From: Alphaproteobacteria bacterium
GTDB lineage: Bacteria; Pseudomonadota; Alphaproteobacteria; GCA-2731375
Direction: 5' to 3'
DNA length: 64,000 nucleotides
NCBI GenBank assembly: GCA_965225945.1
Contig: CBDDBZ010000033.1
Coordinates: 1 to 64,000, forward strand
Numbering within the stretch: position 1 is the stretch's first letter; every line of letters begins with the position of its first letter. Made by a program: the position numbers and the translations under genes. Of this stretch, positions 9,634 through 18,454 are shown piece by piece. The notes under the pieces are model-generated. The model did not search any database, was not told where the DNA came from, and saw only the letters and a list, made by a program, of their open reading frames with translations.

Positions 9634-10055
9634 GATTAAACCAATTCTGTGTCCAAGGAAATCGGGTCCGACTCACAAGTACATGTTGGACGATTTTGGC
9701 GCCACCGCGATCGAATACGGTTTGATCGCCGCCGGTATCGCCGTCGCCCTCATCGCGGCGGTGTTCGCCATCGGTGACGAACTGTCCAACTTCTTTATGG
9801 CTGTGCAGACGAAGCTGGAAGACTCCATGAGCTAACTCGCTTAGCCTAGTTGGTGGCAACCGCCACCACGTCGCCGTCTCGCTTCAAGGAGCCGGTGGCG
9901 AGGGATTGACGAGGGCGCGTCGGGGTCGGCGCGTCCTCGTACCGTTCAAATTCCGACGGATCGCCATTGGGCGGTTCGGGCATTCGGGGCCGCATGGGTC
10001 GGCGCGGGGCGCGACACGCCCGTGTTTCGGGGCAGCGACGAGGGGGGTGACCGGC

Positions 10056-10574
10056 ATGATGTCGGGCTCGGAAGTAATCGAGATAGTCGTCTTGCTGCCC
10101 TATCCGGTGGCCCTGACCTGGGCCATGTGCAGCGATTTGGTGAGCTATCGCATTCCCAACGCCATTCCGGTCGTCCTCCTGGTCGGCTTCCTGCTCGCGG
10201 CCATCGCGATACCGGCGCGTCTCGACGTGGTCATGCTGCAACTCGGCCTCGGCGTGGCGGCACTGGTCGTCGGCATGATCATCTTCCACTTCGGTCTGAT
10301 CGGTGGCGGCGACGCCAAGCTGCTGGCCGCCGCAGTGCCCTGGATCGATGTTCGCGCGTTGCCTGGGTTTTTGCTGTGGATGGCCGTCGTGGGCGGAATT
10401 CTCGGCCTCGGCGTGCTCCTCATCCGCCGCTTGGCGTTTCGGGGACTGCCGATTTTCGAGCATCGGGGCGCCGAAAACATGCCCGGAAAGAGCGGAATTG
10501 CCTTGCCCTATGGGGTGGCGATTGGGTGTGCCGGATTGATCACACTGCCAAATTTATCGCTAATTACCAACTGA
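10056..10574 (+). CDS. cpaA: Prepilin peptidase A24 (CpaA/TadV)
   Basis: SDLVSYRIPN, IGGGDAKLLAA, LPYGVAI; hydrophobic; follows flp. Confidence 0.92.
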   Translation: MMSGSEVIEIVVLLPYPVALTWAMCSDLVSYRIPNAIPVVLLVGFLLAAIAIPARLDVVMLQLGLGVAALVVGMIIFHFGLIGGGDAKLLAAAVPWIDVRALPGFLLWMAVVGGILGLGVLLIRRLAFRGLPIFEHRGAENMPGKSGIALPYGVAIGCAGLITLPNLSLITN

Positions 10575-10596
10575 TCGACAGCATTTCGACGGGATA

Positions 10597-11734
10597 TACC
10601 CCGACTCCCCGCAGACCCGAAAAAGTTCTGGCAATCCGGCTGCGGATCGATTCTTCTCGCGGTCATGATTCGCGGTGGATTTCTGAGCATCGAGGAACGC
10701 GCGGCCCTGGAGGCGGTGATGGGGCATCCGAGCGAGACCCACGGGGTGGCGCGCCGCGCGAACGCCGTTCTGCTCTTGGATGACGGCTTGAGCTGCGTCG
10801 AGGTGGCGAAGGGGCTCTACCTCGACGACGACACGGTGCGGACGTGGCTGAAGCGCTACCGTGCGGGCGGCCTGGATGAAATGACGCTGTTCGACTGGCA
10901 TGGCCGGTCGGGCCATCTGAGCCGGGAGCAAGAGGCGGAGCTTTCGGCCCATCTGAGCCAACGGCTTTACCGCGATACCGGCGAGGTGGCGGCCCATATC
11001 AAGGCGACCTACGGAGTGATCTACAGCCATTCGGGCTGCATCAAGGTGATGCATCGCCTGGGCTTCGAATACAAGCGCCCGAAAAGCCTGCCGGCTCAGG
11101 CCGATGAGGCCGAGCAGGCCGCCTTTATCGAGGCCTATGATAAGTTGCTCAACGGCTTGGCCGCCGACGAGGTGGTCTACTTCGCCGATGCGGTGCACCC
11201 GGAATTCCAGTCCCGCCCAGTCCATGGCTGGGTCAAGAAGGGCGACAAAGTGGCGTTACGCCGGACCTCGGGGCGCCAGCGCATCAATCTCCACGGCGCG
11301 CTCAACCTGGAAAACTTCCACTGCCCCTTGGTCCAGGCCGAGAGGATCAACGCCGCCTCGACGATCGCGCTGTTCGAGATGCTGGAGGCCACCAATCCCG
11401 GCAAGTCGCGGATCTATGTCTTCGCCGACAATGCCCGCTATCACCACGCCCGCCTGGTCCGACAATGGCTGGAGAGACCGGGTTGCCGCATCAAGCTCTT
11501 CTTCCAACCGTCCTACGCTCCCCACCTCAACGCCATCGAGCGATTATGGGGCGTCATGCATCGCGAGGTGACCCACAACAGCTTCTACGCCAGCTTCGCC
11601 CTCTTCACCGAAGCCATCGACGATTTCTTCCGCCGACGACTGCCACGAGAGTGGACGACGTGGCGCGACACCATCACCGACAATTTCCGAATCATCTCGC
11701 ACAAGGATTTTCGGGTTCTGGGGTGAGGCGAGTA
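10597..11734 (+). mobile_element. IS630-family insertion sequence (type C), copy 1
   Basis: TA-flanked ends taccccgactcccc / ggggtgaggcgagta; second copy at 40850-41987. Confidence 0.9.
10665..11726 (+). CDS. IS630 transposase
   Basis: YFADAVHP, FADNARYHH, YAPHLNAIERLW. Confidence 0.92.
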   Translation: MIRGGFLSIEERAALEAVMGHPSETHGVARRANAVLLLDDGLSCVEVAKGLYLDDDTVRTWLKRYRAGGLDEMTLFDWHGRSGHLSREQEAELSAHLSQRLYRDTGEVAAHIKATYGVIYSHSGCIKVMHRLGFEYKRPKSLPAQADEAEQAAFIEAYDKLLNGLAADEVVYFADAVHPEFQSRPVHGWVKKGDKVALRRTSGRQRINLHGALNLENFHCPLVQAERINAASTIALFEMLEATNPGKSRIYVFADNARYHHARLVRQWLERPGCRIKLFFQPSYAPHLNAIERLWGVMHREVTHNSFYASFALFTEAIDDFFRRRLPREWTTWRDTITDNFRIISHKDFRVLG

Positions 11735-11785
11735 TATTCGGATGCAATTTCTGTAGAGTTCCATGGTACACGTTCTGTAGAGGTC

Positions 11786-13033
11786 CATGGTACACGACGG
11801 CATTTACGTAGGACGTTGAAAAGGTTGTAGGATTCCCGATTCACTCCACGACGAGTCAAGAGGGAAATCATGCGAGACAACCCGATCAACGCCCTGCGTG
11901 AGACGCTACGATGCGGCTTCGCCTTTCGCAAGAGCCGTCTGGAGAGCCTTTGCGTCTTGGTCTTCGGCGTGTTCGTCGCCCGGACGGTGAACCTCTCTCA
12001 CTTGGCCTGCCACTTTCCGGGGCGCGCGCGATCCAGCTCCAACTATCGGCGCCTGCAACGGTTTTTCGAGCAAGTCGATTTCGATTACGATCGCCTCGCC
12101 GAGTTCCTGGTCGCGATGATGGGGCTCCAGGCGGGGCCGTGGCGGCTGACCATGGACCGGACCAACTGGCGGCTGGGTCGCCGCGACGTCAACATCTTGA
12201 TGATCGGCATCGTCAACCGCGCCATCGCCATTCCCGTGTGCTGGCGGGTGCTCGACAAGGCGGGCAATTCCAATACCAAGGAGCGGATCGCGATCCTCGA
12301 ACACGTCCTCCGGCTCTTCGGGGTCGACAAGATCGCCAGCCTCCTGGCCGACCGGGAATTCATCGGCGACGCCTGGCTGGCATGGTTGCAGGAAAAGGCC
12401 ATCCCCTTTCACATCCGCATCCGATCCAACATCAAGATCGCCAACACGCGTGGTCGCATGGTCAAGGCGAGGGAGCTGTTTCGCGACCTCAAACCCGGGG
12501 AAAGCCGCATCCTCTCCAACGCCAGGCGCCTCTCGGAGGCCAGAAAACCCAAGGCCAGGCCCGTCTTCGTCGCCGCGCTCCATCTCAAGACCGGCGAACT
12601 GTTGATCGTCGTGACCAACGACGCGCCCGAGGAGGCCTTGGCCATCTACGCCCAGCGCTGGCAAAGCGAGACCCTCTTCGCCGCCTTGAAAACCCGTGGC
12701 TTCAACCTCGAAGACACCCACATGACCGACCCGGAGCGCATCTCCAAGCTCACCGCCGTCCTTTCCATCACCTTCTGCTGGGCGCACAAAGTCGGCTTCT
12801 GCTGGGCGCACAAAGTCGGCGATTGGCTCCACGAGGCCGAGCCGATCCGCCTCAAAACCCACAAAAGGATGGCAAAATCCATCTTCCGATACGGTTTCGA
12901 GTGGATTAAGGCGACAGCTCGTCAATCCTATCGACAGGCGTCAAGCCATTGAGCTGATTCGTTTCCTCGTCCCCGGAAAACCACCAGTCCAGGTGCCCAG
13001 GCCAAAGCCAGCATGAACGAGTCGTGTACTGTG
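11786..13033 (+). mobile_element. IS4-family insertion sequence, copy 1
   Basis: Ends catggtacacgac / gtcgtgtactgtg; 9-bp duplication GTAGAGTTC (11753-11761, 13034-13042) with a 24-bp tandem duplication of the left junction. Confidence 0.85.
11870..12952 (+). CDS. IS4-family transposase, probably damaged
   Basis: MDRTNW, LLADREFIG, YAQRWQSETLFAALK; 8-aa tandem duplication FCWAHKVG; likely +1 shift near 12909 (the other frame reads RRQLVNPID..KPA*). Confidence 0.8.
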   Translation: MRDNPINALRETLRCGFAFRKSRLESLCVLVFGVFVARTVNLSHLACHFPGRARSSSNYRRLQRFFEQVDFDYDRLAEFLVAMMGLQAGPWRLTMDRTNWRLGRRDVNILMIGIVNRAIAIPVCWRVLDKAGNSNTKERIAILEHVLRLFGVDKIASLLADREFIGDAWLAWLQEKAIPFHIRIRSNIKIANTRGRMVKARELFRDLKPGESRILSNARRLSEARKPKARPVFVAALHLKTGELLIVVTNDAPEEALAIYAQRWQSETLFAALKTRGFNLEDTHMTDPERISKLTAVLSITFCWAHKVGFCWAHKVGDWLHEAEPIRLKTHKRMAKSIFRYGFEWIKATARQSYRQASSH

Positions 13034-13195
13034 GTAGAGTTCGGTAAATCAAAACGATACTCAAGTAACTTCATTCGACAAGTGAATGATTTCTTGAGTG
13101 TTGACGGAGAATCTACATTGGCAGCATAATCCTCGGGGCTGTCGCGGAATCGCTCCGTGCGACACGCTCGATGGGCCGCTCGGGAGATAATCGTC

Positions 13196-15061
13196 GTGAA
13201 TGTAGCTCGCATCGTACTGATCGTCGTAGCTCTCGCCGCGGCAGGCTTGACGGTATTTCTAATTCGAAATTACCTGGCGGACCAAGTGCCGCCGCCGCAG
13301 CAGCAGCCGGTGGCGACGATCGCCTCGATCGATGTGCTTGTCGCCGAGCGTGATCTGCCGGCCGGCACCATCCTCAATCCCGAGGCCTTTCGTTGGCAGC
13401 CTTGGCCAAAGAAGGCGATCAACGAGAACTATGTCCAGCGCAAGGACGGAACCGACCCGATCAAGGAGTTGACCGGGGCGGCGGTGAAGCGAATCATCAC
13501 CGCCGGCGATCCGATCATTCGCCAGAAGCTCGTCTCGCCCGATACGCCGGGCTTCCTCGCCGGCGTGCTGCCGCCGGGCACGCGCGCCATCAGCATTCCC
13601 ATCAGCGGCCCCGAGGCGGCCTCCGGCTTCATCCTGCCCGGTAACCTGGTCGACGTCGTGCTGACGCAGCAGCACGGCGTGACGCTCACCAGCGGTGCGG
13701 AGGCCAGCCGGCTGGTCAGCGAGACGATCATGGAGAAACTCCGCATTCTCGCCATCGATCAGAGTGTCGACGACAGTGGCGCGCACGCCCGTATCGGCAC
13801 GACGGTGACCGTCGGCGTGTCGCCCAAGGAAGCCGAGATAATCACAGTGGCGAAACGTATGGGAACGCTCTCGCTGCTGCTCCGCAGCCTGACCGAGCCG
13901 GAGACCAAGATGGCGTCGGACGGGACCATGACGAAGCCTCCGGTGCGGGCCATCCCCTACACGCAAAACACCGAGGTCAGCAAGTTCCTCATCATGGAGA
14001 AGTCCATCCGGCCTCGTTACATGGTCACGACCCGGGATATCCCCGCCGGCTCTCTGCTGCGCGATCTGGACATAGGATGGGACATCCTCGATCAGGGTGC
14101 GCCCAGCGAAGGTCTGATCCTGGCCGGCACGCCGATCGCTCCCCTGCGCGGCGCCTATATCAAGACGCCGATCAAGAGGGGCGGGGCGATCAGGGAGGGC
14201 GATGTCATCAGGCCGCGCGAGCACGGCTTCATCATTGCCGCCCTGCAGCCGGGATTGCGTGCGGTCAGCATCACCATTTCGAACCTTACCGCCGTATCGG
14301 GTTATATCTCGCCGGGTGATCGCGTCGACATCATGCTGACCCAGACGGTCGGCGGCGGTGGCGCCGACAGTGGGATCGCCCAGCTCGTCACGCGAAAGTT
14401 CACCGAGACCGTGTTCCGTGACATGCGTCTGCTGGCGATCGACAGGCGCGTGGATCAGGCCACCGGGCGGCCATCCGCCGGCGGAACGGCGACGTTCGAG
14501 GTCACGCCCCGCGAGGCCGAGGAGTTGGCCCTGGCCCAGACCATGGGGCAGATGTCGCTGGTTCTCCGCTCCGTGCCGGCCGCCGAGGCGCCAGGGGAGC
14601 CGTTCAGGCTGCCGGAAGGCGAGCGGCTGCCTTACACCACCGACATCTCCTTCTCTCGCGGCTTGATCAATCTTCTCGTCTACGGCACCAAATCCGAGCC
14701 TGAACTGGTGCGGGCGCGGCAGTCGCGCCGAGGCGCGGGCATCGGCATCACGACACCGCAAAGGCGCATCATTCGCACCGCGCCCCGGATCGCGTCGGGC
14801 GCCGAGGCGCCCGCCTCGCTCGGGCCGGCGCTCCCGCCGTCCAGCCGAACGCCACGGCCGACCGGCGTCGCGCCCGGCCTGACGGCCGAGCTGCCGGCGG
14901 TGCCCAAACTTCAGCCGCGGTCGGAAGAACCGTCGAGCGCCGGCAAGGACATCGCGCCGGAAAGCGAGGTCGCCTTGGAACCGGAGACCGTCGAGCCGGC
15001 AGAGCCGTCGATCATTCGGATCTATCGAGGTGGTGGTCTGTCAACGGTACAAGTCGAGTAG
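13196..15061 (+). CDS. cpaB: Flp pilus assembly protein CpaB/RcpC with a duplicated SAF+RcpC module
   Basis: N-terminal TM; VLVAERDLPAGT..PPGTRAISI..SGFILPGNLVDVVLT..RILAIDQ, then again MVTTRDIPAGS..PGLRAVSI..SGYISPGDRVDIMLT..RLLAIDR; ends IRIYRGG. Confidence 0.88.
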   Translation: MNVARIVLIVVALAAAGLTVFLIRNYLADQVPPPQQQPVATIASIDVLVAERDLPAGTILNPEAFRWQPWPKKAINENYVQRKDGTDPIKELTGAAVKRIITAGDPIIRQKLVSPDTPGFLAGVLPPGTRAISIPISGPEAASGFILPGNLVDVVLTQQHGVTLTSGAEASRLVSETIMEKLRILAIDQSVDDSGAHARIGTTVTVGVSPKEAEIITVAKRMGTLSLLLRSLTEPETKMASDGTMTKPPVRAIPYTQNTEVSKFLIMEKSIRPRYMVTTRDIPAGSLLRDLDIGWDILDQGAPSEGLILAGTPIAPLRGAYIKTPIKRGGAIREGDVIRPREHGFIIAALQPGLRAVSITISNLTAVSGYISPGDRVDIMLTQTVGGGGADSGIAQLVTRKFTETVFRDMRLLAIDRRVDQATGRPSAGGTATFEVTPREAEELALAQTMGQMSLVLRSVPAAEAPGEPFRLPEGERLPYTTDISFSRGLINLLVYGTKSEPELVRARQSRRGAGIGITTPQRRIIRTAPRIASGAEAPASLGPALPPSSRTPRPTGVAPGLTAELPAVPKLQPRSEEPSSAGKDIAPESEVALEPETVEPAEPSIIRIYRGGGLSTVQVE

Positions 15062-15065
15062 GCCC

Positions 15066-16451
15066 ATGATGTCGTCAACAGCATTCCGTTTTCTCGGCGT
15101 GGCGCTTCGCGTTGCCGCCGTCACGGCGATCCTGGCAACGGGCGCGACGGCCCAGGACGACCCGGGCGCGCAACTGAGCCCGATCGAACTGGAGAGCGTG
15201 GCGCACGGTCAGTCCGTCACGGTGGCGGTCGGCAAGGCGCGTATCATCCGCTTGTCCACCGATGTTCGCGATGTCCTGGTCGCCAATCCGGGCGTCGCCG
15301 ACGTCATCGTCAAGACGCCGCGAACCATCTACATCCTGGGCGGTGGGGTCGGCGCGACGAACGCCTTCTTCTTCGATGGCGACGGCAACGAGATCGCCCG
15401 GCTGGAGATCAGGGTCCAGATCGATACGGTCGGCATAACCGATGCGATCGAGTCCCTGATGCCGAACCTCGACGTCAAGGTCACCGCGGTCGCCAACGAC
15501 GTCTTTCTGACGGGTAGCGTGCGCTCCGCCCGGATATCGGAAAACCTTCAACAAATCGTCACGCGTTACATCGGCGGCGGCCGGGTCGTGAACCTGATGT
15601 CGATCGTCGAGGATCAGCAGGTTCTGCTCCAGGTGCGCATCGCCGAGGTCAGCCGCGGCGCGCTGAAGGACGTGGGGATCAATTTTCAGGCGGTCGCGAA
15701 CACCGGGAAATTAGCGGTTGCGTTGGCGACGGTGGGCGGGTCTGCCGGCTTCCTCACCGGCGCCGCGAGCGTAACGAACGGCAACGACAGTCTCACCGGG
15801 ATCTTGAACGCGTTGGAGACCAACGGCCTCGTCAGGACCCTCGCCGAGCCGACCCTGACCGCGATGTCGGGCGAAAACGCGAACTTCCTGGCGGGTGGCG
15901 ATGTTCCCTTTCCGGTGGCGCAGGAGGGGGGCGCGATCGGGGTTATCTTCCGCAGCTTCGGCGTCGGCCTGAATTTCACCCCCACGGTACTCGATTCCGG
16001 GCGAATTTCGATCCGCCTGTCGACCGAGGTGAGCGCGCCGGATGCCGCCACGACGGTCGGCGGCTTGTTCGGTTTCAGTGTCCGGCGGGCGGAGACCACG
16101 GTGGAGGTGCCCTCGGGCGGCAGCATCGTGATCGGCGGTTTGCTGCAGGAATCCCTGACGACCGATATCGAGGGTCTGCCCTGGGTCAAGAATGTTCCGA
16201 TCCTCGGCGCGTTGTTCCGCAACAATACCATCAATCGGACCGAGCGTGAGCTGATGGTGGCCATCACCGCATATCTGGTCAAACCCGTGGAGCGGACCGA
16301 TATTCGCTACCCGACCGATACCGTCGTGCCGCCGAGCGACGGCGAGCTGTTTCTGCTGGGTCGCCTCGAGGCGATATACGGCGGCAGCGAGGATGGACCG
16401 GGCGCCGCGACGACGTCGTTGAAGGGGCCGATCGGCCACATCGTACAATGA
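15066..16451 (+). CDS. cpaC: Tad secretin CpaC/RcpA
   Basis: DVLVANPGVADV, QQVLLQVRIAEVSR, LAEPTLTAMSGENANFLAGG, PILGALFR. Confidence 0.93.
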   Translation: MMSSTAFRFLGVALRVAAVTAILATGATAQDDPGAQLSPIELESVAHGQSVTVAVGKARIIRLSTDVRDVLVANPGVADVIVKTPRTIYILGGGVGATNAFFFDGDGNEIARLEIRVQIDTVGITDAIESLMPNLDVKVTAVANDVFLTGSVRSARISENLQQIVTRYIGGGRVVNLMSIVEDQQVLLQVRIAEVSRGALKDVGINFQAVANTGKLAVALATVGGSAGFLTGAASVTNGNDSLTGILNALETNGLVRTLAEPTLTAMSGENANFLAGGDVPFPVAQEGGAIGVIFRSFGVGLNFTPTVLDSGRISIRLSTEVSAPDAATTVGGLFGFSVRRAETTVEVPSGGSIVIGGLLQESLTTDIEGLPWVKNVPILGALFRNNTINRTERELMVAITAYLVKPVERTDIRYPTDTVVPPSDGELFLLGRLEAIYGGSEDGPGAATTSLKGPIGHIVQ

Positions 16452-16476
16452 GACCCCCTTGCGAGAGAGAGGTGCC

Positions 16477-17151
16477 ATGCGAAGGCTTTTGAAACTGTCC
16501 ATCGTCTGCGGCGTGGGCTTCCTCGTCGCCGGTTGTACGGGAGGCGGGTTCGGTAACGATGGCCGCCATGTCAGCGACGTGGAGCGGGACCATCCGATCA
16601 CCGTCACCTCTAGCCTCGTCAGCGAGGAGATCGCCGTGGCGCCGGGCGCGCGCGAGCTGGGCGCCCCGGATGCCGCCAAGCTGTCGCGTTTGGTCGGCGA
16701 TTTCGTCCGCCGCGGCGGTGGCATCTTCGAGATCGCCGTGCCGGTCGCGGGCGGCGATGTGGCCGGGGCCGAGGCCCGCGCCCAGGTGGTCAAGGATCAG
16801 GTGATGAAGGGCGGTGCCCATGATCGCGAGATCAAGGTGCGATTCAGCGATATTGCGGGCAGTGGCCCTGTCGTCGTAAGCTATGAGGCGTTTATGGTGA
16901 CGCCGCCGAAATGCCGACCGACGGAGAAGAACTCAACCTTCAATGTGCGTAACACGGTTCAAGACACATATGGTTGCGTGACGCAACATAATCTGGCCAT
17001 TATGCTGTCTCGACCGGCGGATCGGGCGAAGAGCGCCGCGAGGAGCCGTTTCGAAGCGACCCGACGGTCCAGGGTCGTCACGGACCATAGGGCCGGCGAG
17101 CAACCGTCCTCGAGCGGCGGCGTGTCGGCCGGTCCCGCCAGAGGGTTTTAA
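16477..17151 (+). CDS. cpaD: CpaD pilus assembly lipoprotein
   Basis: Lipobox LVAGC, HPITV, YGCVTQHNLAIMLSRPAD; lies between cpaC and cpaE. Confidence 0.82.
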   Translation: MRRLLKLSIVCGVGFLVAGCTGGGFGNDGRHVSDVERDHPITVTSSLVSEEIAVAPGARELGAPDAAKLSRLVGDFVRRGGGIFEIAVPVAGGDVAGAEARAQVVKDQVMKGGAHDREIKVRFSDIAGSGPVVVSYEAFMVTPPKCRPTEKNSTFNVRNTVQDTYGCVTQHNLAIMLSRPADRAKSAARSRFEATRRSRVVTDHRAGEQPSSSGGVSAGPARGF

Positions 17152-17247
17152 GTCCGTCTAGGTCCGTCTAGGCCGGGTTGCGCGGACAAGAATACAGGTG
17201 CTGCCATTATTAGAGTCAACATACATGCCTGGACCCTGGACGAGACG

Positions 17248-18411
17248 ATGCTGAATCTCGTGCAGGAGGGGTTGAGCGATCGCAAGCTCTCGAGGTGCGT
17301 CGTGCAGACCGAGATCGGCGGCCTGGACGCGGCCGTTCACCACTACGCATCAAATCAGACACCGCACATCGTCATCATCGAGTCGACGGAAATCGGCGAC
17401 GAGTTGATGATGGGACTGGAGAAGCTGGCGGAGGTTTGTGATTCCGGCACCAACGTCGTCGTCATGGGTGATTCGAACGACATCGAGCTCTATCGCGATC
17501 TGGTCAGACGCGGCATCAGCGAGTATCTGGTGAAGCCGGTGGCGCCACGCCGCCTGTTCGACACCGTCGTCGAAATCTGCATGGATCCGGATGCGGCGCC
17601 GATGGGGCGCATGATGGCCTTCATCGGCAGTCGCGGCGGGGCCGGGAGCAGCACGTTGGCGCACAACGTCGGCTGGTTCCTCGGTCAGGAATACGAGGAA
17701 GAGGTCGTCATCGTCGATCTCGACATTCCCTTCGGGACCGCCGGACTGGCTTTCAATCTCGAGACGCCGCAGGGTATCCACACCGCGCTCGCCGAGCCGG
17801 ACCGTTTGGACGACGTCCTACTCGAGCGGTTCCTGGCGGAGTATGACGAGTATGTCCGCCTGCTGGTGTCGCCGGCCGCGCTCGACGGCGAGGAGGGCCT
17901 CTACATGGATGCCCTGGATCCACTGTTGGAACTGGTCCGCCGGCGCTCGAGTTTCGTTGTCATCGATCTGCCGCACCGTTGGGCGCCTTGGACCCAGCAA
18001 TTGCTGTTGGACGCCGACGACGTCGTGGTCGTCAGTTCGCTCGATCTGGCCGGGCTGCGGGATAGTCGTCATCTGACGTCGCGACTTAAGGAGTTGCGAG
18101 GCGACCAGGCGCCGGTGCATTTGGTCTTGAACCATGCCGGGGCTTTCAAGAAATCGGAGCTGACTCCGCGAGATTTCGAGAATGCGGTCGAAATGGCACC
18201 GGAAATCGTGCTACAACATGATCCGAACCTGTTTGGTGCGGCATCGAACAATGGGCAAATGCTGGGGGAAGTGAATAGACGCCACAAGATCTCGGAGCAG
18301 GTTCGCCAGCTGGCGATGAAGCTGGGTGGACGCCAACCGAGGGAGCAAAAGAAAAAAGGCGTTATGGGAATGCTGTCGAAGTCCAACAAGGTGAAGTCTA
18401 AGGCAAGCTGA
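17248..18411 (+). CDS. cpaE: CpaE/TadZ (receiver-like plus MinD-like ATPase); start uncertain
   Basis: NDIELYRDLVRRGISEYLVKP, GSRGGAGSSTLAHN, DLDIPFGTAGL, LFGAASNNGQML. Confidence 0.9.
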   Translation: MLNLVQEGLSDRKLSRCVVQTEIGGLDAAVHHYASNQTPHIVIIESTEIGDELMMGLEKLAEVCDSGTNVVVMGDSNDIELYRDLVRRGISEYLVKPVAPRRLFDTVVEICMDPDAAPMGRMMAFIGSRGGAGSSTLAHNVGWFLGQEYEEEVVIVDLDIPFGTAGLAFNLETPQGIHTALAEPDRLDDVLLERFLAEYDEYVRLLVSPAALDGEEGLYMDALDPLLELVRRRSSFVVIDLPHRWAPWTQQLLLDADDVVVVSSLDLAGLRDSRHLTSRLKELRGDQAPVHLVLNHAGAFKKSELTPRDFENAVEMAPEIVLQHDPNLFGAASNNGQMLGEVNRRHKISEQVRQLAMKLGGRQPREQKKKGVMGMLSKSNKVKSKAS

Positions 18412-18454
18412 GGATGTTCGGTAAGCGTAACGCGCCTCCATCGATCGATCAAGC

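Larger units (their letters stand above)
6731..9675 (-). mobile_element. IS3-like two-ORF insertion sequence containing two cassette copies
   Basis: TG..CA ends with ~27-bp imperfect IRs (tgtatcgcacccggttccttgggcaca / tgtgtccaaggaaatcgggtccgactca); 14-bp direct repeat CAAGTACATGTTGG at 6717-6730 and 9676-9689. Confidence 0.85.
6658..9835 (+). pseudogene. flp: Flp type IVb pilin split by a nested IS
   Basis: Joining 6658-6730 to 9690-9835 gives 72 aa MLRFITKAQSSVYALKRKLRKYMLDDFG|ATAIEYGLIAAGIAVALIAAVFAIGDELSNFFMAVQTKLEDSMS; GGAGGA RBS upstream; followed by cpaA. Confidence 0.92.
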
